Below, piece after piece: positions 8,113 through 18,009 of a stretch of 45,667 nt of DNA. The stretch comes from Planctomycetota bacterium. GTDB taxonomy: Bacteria > Planctomycetota > GCA-002687715 > DRQF01. The notes under the pieces were generated by a model. That model ran no database searches and was not told where the DNA came from. It saw only the letters and a list, made by a program, of their open reading frames with translations. The stretch lies in assembly GCA_036479435.1 (NCBI GenBank), contig JAZGFI010000116.1:1-45667 (forward strand), in the 5' to 3' direction. The position numbers and the translations under genes were made by a program. Position 1 is the first letter of the stretch, and the number at the start of each line of letters is the position of its first letter.

Positions 8113-9247
8113 TCGACCGGGAACAAAACTGCGATCCCGGCTCACGCGTCTTGGGTTAGCGCTCGTGCTGTCGCTTGGCTTCGCCTCTAGCAGCGCCTTG
8201 ATGGCACAGAAAGAGAATCCGAAGAACGACCCGGTCCCGATCTCGAAACCTGGTCGATCAAAGGCCCTGCCGATTCTTCCGACCCACATCACGCCGGATC
8301 ACGTGCGCGCCGCCGAGCGCGGACTGAAGTATCTAAAAAGAGTGCAGTCGTCCGACGGTGGGTTCACGGGGACTGCGGATGGCGGCGCTTACCCCATCGC
8401 AATGAGCGCCCTCGCGGGCATGGCTTTTGTCGCCAGCGGGAGTACTTCCAGTCGTGGCCCTTACGCCGACCAAGTCAAAAAAGTTCTGCGCTACCTCATG
8501 CGTTTTCAACGCAAGGAGGGAACGATTAGTGGTCCGACGCAGGACAACGGTCGACCGATGTTTGGCCATGGCTTTGCGTTGTTGTTTTTCGCGACGCTCT
8601 ACGGCATGGAGAACGACAAGGATCTTCGCGAGCGGCTTGCCCTCAAGATCAAACGCGCTGTAGCCCTGACGGCCCGCGGTCAAAGCCGGCAGGGCGGGTG
8701 GCTGTACTTTCCCGGCGGGGGAGACGAAGGGTCGGTCACGATCACCCAGTTGCAGGCGCTGCGCGCCTGCCACAACGCCGGTTTTATCGTGCCAGAAAAG
8801 ACCATCAAAAAAGCCATCAAGTATTTGGAGCGCTGTCGAACTCCCAAGGGTGGCATCAAGTACTCCCTCGCGTCGGGTAATGACACTCGACTGCCAATCT
8901 CAGCCGCAGCCGTGGCTTGCCTTTACAACGCTGGCGCCTACGACTCGAAGTTGGCCAAAGATTGTCTCAACTACGTCTACAAGAAATTCAAAAAGAACAA
9001 GAGCTGGAGCGGCGGAAAACTCGGCGGCCACGCCTACTACGCTCACCTCTACGCCGCGCAGGCGTTCTACACGGCTGGCGACAAGTACTGGCGGGACTAC
9101 TTTCCGAAGTACTCCCGGATGCTTCTTGGACTTCAGCAAAAAGACGGATCTTGGGTTGGCGATGGCGTCGGCCCCGTCTTTGGAACGGCCTGTGCTTTGG
9201 TCGTTCTTCAGCTTCCCTACAAATTCCTGCCCATCTATCAGCGTTAG
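8099..9247 (+). CDS. Prenyltransferase/squalene oxidase repeat (alpha/alpha barrel) exported protein
   Basis: QW-like repeats LKRVQSSDGGF, QSRQGGWLY, QQKDGSW. Signal peptide. C-terminal FLPIYQR. Confidence 0.85.
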   Translation: MPSVNRPGTKLRSRLTRLGLALVLSLGFASSSALMAQKENPKNDPVPISKPGRSKALPILPTHITPDHVRAAERGLKYLKRVQSSDGGFTGTADGGAYPIAMSALAGMAFVASGSTSSRGPYADQVKKVLRYLMRFQRKEGTISGPTQDNGRPMFGHGFALLFFATLYGMENDKDLRERLALKIKRAVALTARGQSRQGGWLYFPGGGDEGSVTITQLQALRACHNAGFIVPEKTIKKAIKYLERCRTPKGGIKYSLASGNDTRLPISAAAVACLYNAGAYDSKLAKDCLNYVYKKFKKNKSWSGGKLGGHAYYAHLYAAQAFYTAGDKYWRDYFPKYSRMLLGLQQKDGSWVGDGVGPVFGTACALVVLQLPYKFLPIYQR

Positions 9248-9256
9248 GAACTCACG

Positions 9257-10318
9257 ATGACAGACAATAAGAAATCGTCGGCCGGACCCGACCTCGCTCG
9301 CCTCGGCGAATTGAAAACCAAGTACGAAGCGGTACGAACCGAGATTGCCAAAGTCATCCTCGGGCAAGACGAAGTCGTAGAGCAGCTGCTCATCTCGATT
9401 TTCGCCAGTGGCCACTGTATTTTGGAAGGCGTGCCCGGCTTGGCCAAGACCTTATTGGTCAGCACGCTGGCGAAGACGATGTCTTTGGATTTCACTCGAA
9501 TTCAGTTCACGCCCGACCTGATGCCTTCGGACATCACCGGGACGGAAGTGATGTTCGAAGACAAAGTCTCGGGCAGCCGTGAATTTAAGTTCATCAAGGG
9601 CCCAATCTTCAACAACGTCGTGCTGGCGGACGAAATCAACCGCACGCCTCCTAAGACGCAAGCGGCCCTGTTGGAGGGGATGCAGGAACGACAGGTGTCG
9701 GCGTCCGGACAGCGCTACGAGCTACCGAAGCCTTTTTTCGTGTTGGCGACCCAAAACCCGATTGAGCAAGAGGGGACCTATCCTCTGCCCGAAGCGCAGA
9801 TGGACCGCTTTTTGTTCAAAGTCGTCGTGGACTACCCAGACCGGGCCGTTGAGCGCGAGGTCTACCGCACGACCACGAGCCAGACTCCCGAAGAGCCTGA
9901 GATCGTTGTCGGCGCCGAGGATATTCTCGAGATGCAGGAGCTTGTCCGCCGGATCGCCATCAACGATACGGTGATCGACTACGCGCTCAATCTCGTTCGC
10001 GGGACGCGCCCCAATGAACCGGACGCCCCGCAGTTTGTGAAAGACTGGGTGCTCATCGGAGCCGGGCCCCGCGGCGGCCAAGCTTTGCTTATTGGCGCGA
10101 AGACGCGCGCGGCCCTCCAGGGGCGGCCCGAGGCGACGATCGACGATTTGCGTGCCTTGGTGAAGCCCGTTCTACGCCACCGCATTATCTTGAACTACAG
10201 CGCCGAAGCCGACGGGCAGAGCCCTGATTCGATGATCGATCGCCTGCTTGACTCGGTTCCCGTCCATTCGTCACCGGAGAACATGGATGAGCGCGTCCAG
10301 CAAGTACTCGAGTCCTGA
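9257..10318 (+). CDS. moxR: MoxR family AAA+ ATPase
   Basis: Walker A EGVPGLAKT, RIQFTPDLMPSDITG, Walker B LADEINR, and ATQNPIEQEGTYPLPEAQMDRF. Confidence 0.97.
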   Translation: MTDNKKSSAGPDLARLGELKTKYEAVRTEIAKVILGQDEVVEQLLISIFASGHCILEGVPGLAKTLLVSTLAKTMSLDFTRIQFTPDLMPSDITGTEVMFEDKVSGSREFKFIKGPIFNNVVLADEINRTPPKTQAALLEGMQERQVSASGQRYELPKPFFVLATQNPIEQEGTYPLPEAQMDRFLFKVVVDYPDRAVEREVYRTTTSQTPEEPEIVVGAEDILEMQELVRRIAINDTVIDYALNLVRGTRPNEPDAPQFVKDWVLIGAGPRGGQALLIGAKTRAALQGRPEATIDDLRALVKPVLRHRIILNYSAEADGQSPDSMIDRLLDSVPVHSSPENMDERVQQVLES

Positions 10319-11267
10319 AGTCCTCGCGCGGATCAGGAGCCTCGAGCTACGTGCCAAGCACGCGGTGCAAGGAACGCTCAGCGGGGCCAATCGCAGTCCC
10401 TTGCTCGGGCAAAGCGTCGAGTTCGTGGACTACCGCGAGTATGCGCCGGGGGATGACCCTAAACGTCTAGACTGGCGGGTGTACTCGCGTAGCAACCGTT
10501 GGTTCGTAAAACTCTACGAAGAAGAGAGCAACTTTCGCTCGACCTTCATTCTCGACGCTAGCGCCTCGATGAAGTACCAGGGTGAAAAATCTGCGTGGTC
10601 GAAGTACGAGTACGCGGCAACTCTCATCGCGTCGATGGCGACGCTCGCAATTGAACAGCGCGACGCGGCAGGTCTTTGGATTTGTGACGAGACCCGAAGA
10701 GAGGCCTTGCCGCCCAAGGCGTCTCGGCTGCAACTGATGAAGCTCATCGACGGGCTCGAGCGATCCGCTCCCGATCGCAAAACGGAATTGGGTTTTGTCT
10801 TGAATCAGGCTGCGGCCGAGTTGCCTCGCCGTGGCTTGATCTTCATTGTCTCGGATTTTCTGACGGATCTTGACTCTTTGTACAAGAGTCTCGGTCACCT
10901 ACAGAGTCGAGCGCACGACATCGTCTTGATGCATGTTCTCGATCGCGATGAGATCAGTTTGCCATTCAAAGACCAGATCGAGTTTCTCGATATCGAAGGT
11001 GAGGATCGAATCATGGCCGAGCCTCGCTATTTCGCGAGCGCCTACGGCGAGGCGATGGAGAAGTTTTGTCGGGAGGTGGAAGGCCGAGCCGGCGACTTCG
11101 GAGCCGACTACTTGTTGATCCCAAGCGACGATGATTTGGGGCGGTCTTTGGCCTACTACCTTCATCGGCGCAAGCGCATCTCGGCCAAGGCGTCGCGGCG
11201 CGGTGGCAACACTCCGGTAACCGGCGGCGGCGTGGCCCGCGTCTTTGGGCGGGGCAGGGCCCAATGA
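10287..11267 (+). CDS. DUF58 domain protein (VWA-like MoxR partner)
   Basis: GQSVEFVDYREYAPGDDPKRLDWR, VKLYEEE, ILDASASM, IVSDF. Follows moxR. Confidence 0.95.
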   Translation: MSASSKYSSPEVLARIRSLELRAKHAVQGTLSGANRSPLLGQSVEFVDYREYAPGDDPKRLDWRVYSRSNRWFVKLYEEESNFRSTFILDASASMKYQGEKSAWSKYEYAATLIASMATLAIEQRDAAGLWICDETRREALPPKASRLQLMKLIDGLERSAPDRKTELGFVLNQAAAELPRRGLIFIVSDFLTDLDSLYKSLGHLQSRAHDIVLMHVLDRDEISLPFKDQIEFLDIEGEDRIMAEPRYFASAYGEAMEKFCREVEGRAGDFGADYLLIPSDDDLGRSLAYYLHRRKRISAKASRRGGNTPVTGGGVARVFGRGRAQ

Positions 11268-13399
11268 GCTTCCTCGCTCCAGCCCTCCTTGGCGGCCTTG
11301 GACTTCTTAGTGTGCCGATCATCATCCACATCTTGAATCGACGGAAATTCCGCGTCGTCGAGTGGGCGCCGATGAAGTATCTGCGCTTGACAGTGAAAAC
11401 GACGCGACGCCGGATTCGCTTGGAGCAGCTCCTGTTGCTTTTGGTCCGCCTTCTTTTCGTGGCGGCACTAATCTTTGCCTTAGCTCGACCGGTGGTGCAG
11501 CGTTCCGGAGCACTTTCCTGGGCGGGCCTCGGGGCTAAGACTTCTCGCATCTTGGTGCTCGACGACTCCTTGAGCATGGGTTCACGGCTTGGCAACGATT
11601 CCAGCTGGCAGCTTTTGCAGTCCGCGGCCCAAAAACTCATTGGATCGATGCCCGAGCAAGACGGCCTAACTCTGATATTGGCTTCGCAGCCCAGCGCTCC
11701 GCTTCTCAGTTCGGCTGCCGTGGGCGAAGTTGAAAATGCCGCCCAACTCGTTGAGGACCTTGAGCTCGGCGACGCCAGCGTTAGTTGGGCCGGAGTTTTC
11801 GAGGCCTTGCAGCGTCTCGTCGAGGGTACGACATACCCCGTCGTTGAGATCACGATTCTCACAGACCTGCGGCGTACCGGGTGGGGCCCGGATGTCGAAG
11901 CGATCGCCCGCGCCATGGCCGCGAAATCACTGAACCTTAGAATCATCGATTTGGGTCTGGCGCCGCGCGGCAACATCGCCCTCATTGGCTTTGATGTGGT
12001 CACGCGGGTTTGTGTGCCGGAAGTCGACGTCTATTTCTCGGCCACCATTCGCAACGATGGCTCGGAGCCCTTTGGTCCGATTGCTGCCGAACTTCTAGTC
12101 GATGATGCGAAGCGCAGTGTTTCGATCCCCCGTATCGCCGCCGGCGAGACGGTAGTGGTGGAGTTGGCGCATCGATTTCGCAAGCCCGGTTTGAAAACCG
12201 TTGCTTTACAGCTACCCGCCGATGATCTACCCGGCGACAACCGCCGCCAACTCGTGGTGCACCTGCGCGAGTCCTTGGACTTATTGCTGGTCGATGGCCA
12301 ACCGTCGGACGAGCCCTTTGAGAGTGAGGTCGATTTTTTGAGTGTGGCCTACACCGTTGGCGATGTGCCCTGGAGAGTGTACGCCGCGACCGATGCGGAG
12401 TGGCTGTCGAATTTGCCGTCCGCCGTCGACCTCACCGTTCTGGCAAACCTAGGTAATCTCACGCCCGAGCACGTATCCGCGCTTGAGGATTTAGTGCGGG
12501 ATGGAATGGGGCTCATGATCTTCCCCGGTGAAGAGAGCGACCTCAGTCTCTACAACACCCTGTTGTGGCGCGAGGGAGAGGGTTTGTTGCCCGCTCGTCT
12601 AACCGGCATACGAGAAGAGGCCGTCGAAGGTATGGCCGTTGAACCCGTCGAGCATTCTCCTTTGCAGGCCATTGCCAAACTCGCGCCGGAAGCCTTGGCC
12701 TCTATCGGTGCCAAACGTTTCTTAGAAGTTGCCATTCCTGCCGCCAGCGACGAAGTGCGCGTGTTGTCCCGCTGGGACGATCAAGACCGCAGCCCGGCGG
12801 CAATCGAACGGCGTTTCGGGAAGGGCCGTGTGATCTTGTGGACGACGACGGCCGACCGTGATTGGACCGATTGGCCGATCGATCCCAGCTTCATCTTGAC
12901 GATGCGGGAGGCGGGATTGGCCACGGCACGGCAGGGCCTTCCCGGCCTCAATTGGGAGGCGGGACAGACGATTCAGATCGATACGAACTCGCGCAGCGTC
13001 GATGACCCTCGGGTCGCGTTGCCTTGGGCGAAGGAGCCCGCCAGATTGTCGTTAGTGAACAAAGATCCGCTGGCCGCGGCGGGCTCCCAGCGTCTTTCCT
13101 ACGCGGCGACGCAGCGGGCAGGAATCTATCGGGCGGAATGGACCGATGAATCCGGAACGCGCATTCAACGGCCCTTGGCGGTTAGCCCGGCCGCGAGCGA
13201 AAGCGATCTGAGGCCGGTGGCGCGAACGGACTTGCTCACTTGGCTGGGAAGTCTCAGCCCCCAATTCGTTCACCATTCTGAAGTCGATGACTTGGTCAAA
13301 GGAGCTGGCCGTGAGATCTGGAGAATCCTCATTGGGTTGACACTCGCATTCCTCGCTCTTGAATCCGGCCTGATGGTCTGGGTGGGAAGAAAGGGGTGA
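11264..13399 (+). CDS. BatA N-terminal / VWA / CARDB-like / GATase1-like membrane protein
   Basis: MSFLAP...PIIIHILNRRKFRVVEWAPMKYL (BatA-type N-terminus), MIDAS-like LDDSLSM, LPADDLPGDN, and a C-terminal TM segment EIWRILIGLTLAFLALES. Confidence 0.88.
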   Translation: MSFLAPALLGGLGLLSVPIIIHILNRRKFRVVEWAPMKYLRLTVKTTRRRIRLEQLLLLLVRLLFVAALIFALARPVVQRSGALSWAGLGAKTSRILVLDDSLSMGSRLGNDSSWQLLQSAAQKLIGSMPEQDGLTLILASQPSAPLLSSAAVGEVENAAQLVEDLELGDASVSWAGVFEALQRLVEGTTYPVVEITILTDLRRTGWGPDVEAIARAMAAKSLNLRIIDLGLAPRGNIALIGFDVVTRVCVPEVDVYFSATIRNDGSEPFGPIAAELLVDDAKRSVSIPRIAAGETVVVELAHRFRKPGLKTVALQLPADDLPGDNRRQLVVHLRESLDLLLVDGQPSDEPFESEVDFLSVAYTVGDVPWRVYAATDAEWLSNLPSAVDLTVLANLGNLTPEHVSALEDLVRDGMGLMIFPGEESDLSLYNTLLWREGEGLLPARLTGIREEAVEGMAVEPVEHSPLQAIAKLAPEALASIGAKRFLEVAIPAASDEVRVLSRWDDQDRSPAAIERRFGKGRVILWTTTADRDWTDWPIDPSFILTMREAGLATARQGLPGLNWEAGQTIQIDTNSRSVDDPRVALPWAKEPARLSLVNKDPLAAAGSQRLSYAATQRAGIYRAEWTDESGTRIQRPLAVSPAASESDLRPVARTDLLTWLGSLSPQFVHHSEVDDLVKGAGREIWRILIGLTLAFLALESGLMVWVGRKG

Positions 13400-13406
13400 T
13401 GCGGTT

Positions 13407-15821
13407 ATGACCCGTCTTTTTGGAAAGCTCTTTGGCTTCGAGTTAGGTGACGGAAGCAGCGATGCGACTTGGCGCGTTGACTGGACCGGTGCTCCGGATG
13501 GCGGCGACGGTGTCTTGTTGGTCATGGTGCTCGTTGGTCTGATCGGCTGGGGAGTGTGGTGGCTATACCGCCGCGATGGCGTGGCTTTGACTCGCCGCCA
13601 GCGGTGGGGCCTCACGGCCCTGCGGACCACAGCCATCGTCTTGGTGTTGATGATGTTCCTCGAACCGGTTTTGGTGAGCGAACGCGAGACCCAGAAGCCC
13701 TCCAAGCTGCTCATCCTTCGCGACGTGTCTGCGAGTATGGATATCGAGGACGGCCTCGAAGACCCCGAGAGCGCTCGAGCGATCGCGGCGGCTCTGGGGC
13801 TTACGAAACCCGAAGCCATCGGTGACAAGAGCCGCCAAGACTTGGTCGATATTGCGCTGAGCGGAGGGCTTGAGCGGGCGCTCGAGAGAGACGGAGACCG
13901 ACAGGTTCAGGTCCACGAGTTTGCAGACCGGTTCTTTTTGGAGCCGGAGACCGACCCCGAATTATCTCGTGCCGCGCGTGATTACACGGCGATCGGGTCT
14001 TCCCTCGAACAAGCCCTTGCGGCCTACCACGGACAGGGCCTCGCCGGGATCTTGTTGATCTCAGACGGCCAATCCAACGCCGGCCCACTTCCGGCTCGTA
14101 GCGCTGAACTTGCAGCAGCGCTCGGCGTTCCCGTTCACGTCTTGGGTGTGGGTGGAAGCAAAGAGGCGCGAAACGCGGCCATCACGAAGGTCGACAGCAA
14201 CGAAGTCACCTTCGTGAAGGACAAGATTCAGATCAAGGTGTACGTCGACGCGCGAGGCATGCCTTCCGAGTCTGCCACTGTTGCTTTGGAGCGGAGTGTC
14301 GACGGCGGCGCTTGGGAGCCTTTACAGAATCAAGAGATCATCTTTGATGAAGCCGGGAAGTTGAGCGAGTTGTCGTTTGAGAGTTCCCTCGACCGACCGG
14401 GTGAGATCCACTTTCGAGCCCGGCTCGAAGACTTGGGCCCCGAAATTACCACCGAAGACAACAGTGCGAGTTCCAAGACCAGAGTTGTTAAGCGCAAGAT
14501 GCGGGTGCTCTTGGTCGCGGGGCTGGCGTTCCCCGAAGTTCAGTTTTTGATCAACACTTTGATGCGGGACCAAAGCATCGAGGTCTCGAGCTGGTTGATG
14601 TTTGCCGAATCTGCCTACAAGCAAAAAGGCAACAAGATCATCACCCGCCTGCCCCAATCCGAAGATGAGCTCGACGAGTACGACTGCGTGGTGCTTTACG
14701 ACACCGACTTGCGCCAGATGCCCGCGAACTTCGGTCGGATGCTGAATGAGTTCGTCGGAAAGAGCGGGGGCGGCTTGGTGTTTATCGCCGGTGAGTCATC
14801 GACGGCAGACTTGTTTGACCGCAAGCACTCGGGGTCCGACGAGATCACGGCCATCCTGCCGGTGGTGCGTGAACCCGGGGTGTTTCAAACTCGCATCGAG
14901 ATGCGGCTTTCAGCGCAGAGCGAATGGAAGTTGGAATTGACGAGGGCCGGAGCGCGCGATTCTTTGTTTCGCTTCGATGACGACCCGGAACGCAGCCGAG
15001 AGATCATGCGCGCCTTGCCGGGGATGTATTGGTATTTTCCGGTCACCCGCGAGAAGCCCGGTGCGACGGTCCTGGCGCGACACGGTGACGCTCGCATGAG
15101 CAACCAGTACGGTCGTCACGTTGTGATCGCGACACAGCTCTATGGTCCGGGGCGCACATATTTTCTGGGTTTGGACAGCACTTTTCGTTGGCGATTTCTG
15201 CGCGAGGCACACTACGACCAGTTTTGGGCTCGCTTGGTGAATGACGCTGGACTAGCCAAGCGACTCGGGGGCCGGCAGCCTTTCACGGTTGCTACGGATC
15301 GCGCGTCCTACGCTCCGGGAAGTGTCGTGACCTTGCAGGCGACTTTTCGCGATATCGACGATCTCGATGTGGGCCGAACGACGATTGTGGGCGAGATCGA
15401 AAGTGGCGACGAAGGCGGTGAATCTTTGTTGTTCTCCGCTGTTCCGGGCGTTCCCGGTAGGTTTGAAGCACAGTATCAGGTGCGGACAAGCGGCCCGCAT
15501 TTTGTGCGCGCCTGGGCTTCCGAAGCACCTCAAGATGGGGCCAAACCGGTGACCTATGAATTTCGGGTCGAGTTTCCGAATCGGGAGCTCGCGGCACCAT
15601 CGCAAGACCGAACCCAACTGGCGGCGATTGCGGCGGCTACGCAAGGCCGTGTCTTTAATCTCGCCGAGATCGACGAGATTCCCGATGCCTTTGCAATCGG
15701 GAAGATCTCGCGCCGGCAGCAAGAGCGGCAAGAGCTTTGGGATGCGCCGATCTTGTTCGCCTTGGCGCTGCTCTTGATCTTCATCGAGTGGTTCCTGCGC
15801 AAGCGATACCGACTGGTGTGA
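13407..15821 (+). CDS. VWA plus GATase1-like (DUF1355-type) membrane protein
   Basis: Two N-terminal TM segments, MIDAS DVSASM and LLISDGQSN, YGPGRT...STFRWRF, and C-terminal TM ...EWFLRKRYRLV. Confidence 0.85.
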   Translation: MTRLFGKLFGFELGDGSSDATWRVDWTGAPDGGDGVLLVMVLVGLIGWGVWWLYRRDGVALTRRQRWGLTALRTTAIVLVLMMFLEPVLVSERETQKPSKLLILRDVSASMDIEDGLEDPESARAIAAALGLTKPEAIGDKSRQDLVDIALSGGLERALERDGDRQVQVHEFADRFFLEPETDPELSRAARDYTAIGSSLEQALAAYHGQGLAGILLISDGQSNAGPLPARSAELAAALGVPVHVLGVGGSKEARNAAITKVDSNEVTFVKDKIQIKVYVDARGMPSESATVALERSVDGGAWEPLQNQEIIFDEAGKLSELSFESSLDRPGEIHFRARLEDLGPEITTEDNSASSKTRVVKRKMRVLLVAGLAFPEVQFLINTLMRDQSIEVSSWLMFAESAYKQKGNKIITRLPQSEDELDEYDCVVLYDTDLRQMPANFGRMLNEFVGKSGGGLVFIAGESSTADLFDRKHSGSDEITAILPVVREPGVFQTRIEMRLSAQSEWKLELTRAGARDSLFRFDDDPERSREIMRALPGMYWYFPVTREKPGATVLARHGDARMSNQYGRHVVIATQLYGPGRTYFLGLDSTFRWRFLREAHYDQFWARLVNDAGLAKRLGGRQPFTVATDRASYAPGSVVTLQATFRDIDDLDVGRTTIVGEIESGDEGGESLLFSAVPGVPGRFEAQYQVRTSGPHFVRAWASEAPQDGAKPVTYEFRVEFPNRELAAPSQDRTQLAAIAAATQGRVFNLAEIDEIPDAFAIGKISRRQQERQELWDAPILFALALLLIFIEWFLRKRYRLV

Positions 15822-15825
15822 GACG

Positions 15826-18009
15826 ATGACCAACAAAGACACAATCGTTCCCCAGGAATCAGCTGGATCGGCATTGCCGCCGGACCTCTTCAGCGACCGC
15901 CTTCGGCGCTTTTCCGCGCGCGTGCGGCGGCTGTTGGCCTTGCGTGGATTGCTGATATTTCTGGCTTGGGCCTTGGCCCTGGCCCTTTTGACTTTCGCCT
16001 TGGACCGCGTTCTTCGCTTGTCGCTCACCGCGCGGACGATCGTGGGACTAGGGGCGATCGCTTGGCTGGTCTGGATTACCTGGAAGGAGTGCTGGCGACC
16101 GCTGGTCGGAAACTGGAGTGGCCTCGACGTCGCCGCATCGCTGGATCGATTGGGGACGGAGTCAAGGGCGCGTACCTTCATCGTGCAGCGCCTTGCAACG
16201 AGTACGCAGCTCGGCGCAGAACTCGATGCACGCAGCAAGACCAGGCCTCACGACGACAGACAATCGCTCGAGTTCATGCGCGAGGCCGTGGCCAAAAGCC
16301 GTCAAGAACTCAACGAGTACGACCTCGATCAACACATCGACTCTCCGCTATTGCGGCGCCGGGTGACCTTGTTGGCCGCGTTAATAGCGCTGCCGCTCCT
16401 CTTGATTTTTGTTGCGCCGGATTCGACCTCGCTTTGGTTCAAGCGCTGGTTTTTGGGGTCTGAAGAACGCTGGCCTCAAGAGACTTACTTGGAGTTGTTG
16501 GGGACGGAGGACGGGGAGATGATTGTCGCACGCTCTGAAGCCGTGGAGTTCAGGGTGCGTGCGAGAAAAGGTAGTGTCGTTCCCGACCGTATTGAGATCG
16601 ACTACGAGTTAGACGGCGGGCCCAGGATTTCGAACAGCCTGACCAGATTCGGGCCCAACGACTTTCGTTTTCAGCTGCCGGGAGTTCGCGACCGAGCCCT
16701 CGTGTGGTTGGTGGGCGGCGACGACCGGGCGGGGCCCTTCACTCTCATCGCCAAGGATCGCCCTCGCGTTGAGAGTTTTAGCGTCCACGCGCAACTAAAA
16801 GCGGCAGGTTCGTCTGAGAAATTCGAGTTTGCGCGCCAGGATGAGTCCATCGCGTTCCGAAAAGACAGCAAGGTCACTTTGCGGGTGCGAGCCAGCGAAG
16901 AGATCGCGGCTTTGGATTTGCGGCAAGAACAAGCCGAGGGAGTGGTGGTTGAAGAACTCTCCGCCTTCGAGCGCAAGTTGTCGTGGAGCCATCTTAGACG
17001 GCGCAATCTAAGCATCGAGTTGGTGAGCCGCGCGACCGGGTTGCGGTCGCGCCCCACAAGTCTCGACTTCGGACTCAAAGAGGACTCGGCTCCTCGGATC
17101 ACTGTAGCGGTTGAAGGCGTCCGAGATCGCATTACCCCGCGTGCTCTCGTCCCCTTGACCGTCGTCGCGCAAGACGACTATGGGCTTTCTGACTTGACGC
17201 TTCATTGGTCGTCGTCGGTCAGTCCGGAGGCCGGCGAGGGAGCCGCAGCGAAGAGTGCTGTGTTATTCAATGCTCCCGATGGTGGCGTCGAGCGTTCAGT
17301 TGAAGAGAAGAAAGAGCTGGATTTGGCCTTGGCATCGTCGTCGGCGTTGAAGCTGGAGCCAGGGACTTTCCTGCGCGTCGAAGCGACGGCAAAAGACCGT
17401 TGCCACTTGGGGCCTCAGACCGGAAAGTCGCGTTTGCGTGTGTTCCGCATTGTGTCTCCCGAACAGTTGTTTCGAGAGATCGCTCTGCGACTGCAGCGGA
17501 CGCGGAGCCGCTTTCGGAAGTCGCGGGATCGCGCCAAAAAGCTGCAAGATGTCTTGGTGCAGGCCCAGTCCGAGTCGAAGGCTTTGGTGGACCCCGCGGA
17601 TGCGCTGCGACGCTTGCGCTTGGTCGAGCGCCAGGTTTGGTCGACCAACCGAGTCTTGGAGGCCAGCATTCGCGAACTTGTCCTGAATCGGCTGGTCGAA
17701 AAAGAAGCTGAGGAGCTTCTTGAGCGCAATGTTCTTCGCCCCCTTAGGCGCTTGCAGAATGTAGAACTCAAAAACCAGCGACGTCAGTTTGAGCGTTTTG
17801 GTTTGGCGACCGCGGATGCACCATCCATGGATGAAATGGCGACTGGGCAGGCTTTAGTCGTAAGGGGGATGCAGCGCGTGCTCGACGGCATGAAACAATG
17901 GGACAGTTTTGTGGACTTGATCAATCAGTTGAATGAAGTGATCAAGCTCCAATCTGGGGTAAGATCAGAAACCCTCGACGCCAAAGGAGAAGCGCAGAAT
18001 GGCAAGTAA
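15826..18009 (+). CDS. Membrane-anchored beta-rich plus coiled-coil protein (DUF4175-like)
   Basis: Three TM segments, AQDDYGL and ATAKD motifs typical of these operons, and a helical C-terminus. Confidence 0.7.
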   Translation: MTNKDTIVPQESAGSALPPDLFSDRLRRFSARVRRLLALRGLLIFLAWALALALLTFALDRVLRLSLTARTIVGLGAIAWLVWITWKECWRPLVGNWSGLDVAASLDRLGTESRARTFIVQRLATSTQLGAELDARSKTRPHDDRQSLEFMREAVAKSRQELNEYDLDQHIDSPLLRRRVTLLAALIALPLLLIFVAPDSTSLWFKRWFLGSEERWPQETYLELLGTEDGEMIVARSEAVEFRVRARKGSVVPDRIEIDYELDGGPRISNSLTRFGPNDFRFQLPGVRDRALVWLVGGDDRAGPFTLIAKDRPRVESFSVHAQLKAAGSSEKFEFARQDESIAFRKDSKVTLRVRASEEIAALDLRQEQAEGVVVEELSAFERKLSWSHLRRRNLSIELVSRATGLRSRPTSLDFGLKEDSAPRITVAVEGVRDRITPRALVPLTVVAQDDYGLSDLTLHWSSSVSPEAGEGAAAKSAVLFNAPDGGVERSVEEKKELDLALASSSALKLEPGTFLRVEATAKDRCHLGPQTGKSRLRVFRIVSPEQLFREIALRLQRTRSRFRKSRDRAKKLQDVLVQAQSESKALVDPADALRRLRLVERQVWSTNRVLEASIRELVLNRLVEKEAEELLERNVLRPLRRLQNVELKNQRRQFERFGLATADAPSMDEMATGQALVVRGMQRVLDGMKQWDSFVDLINQLNEVIKLQSGVRSETLDAKGEAQNGK

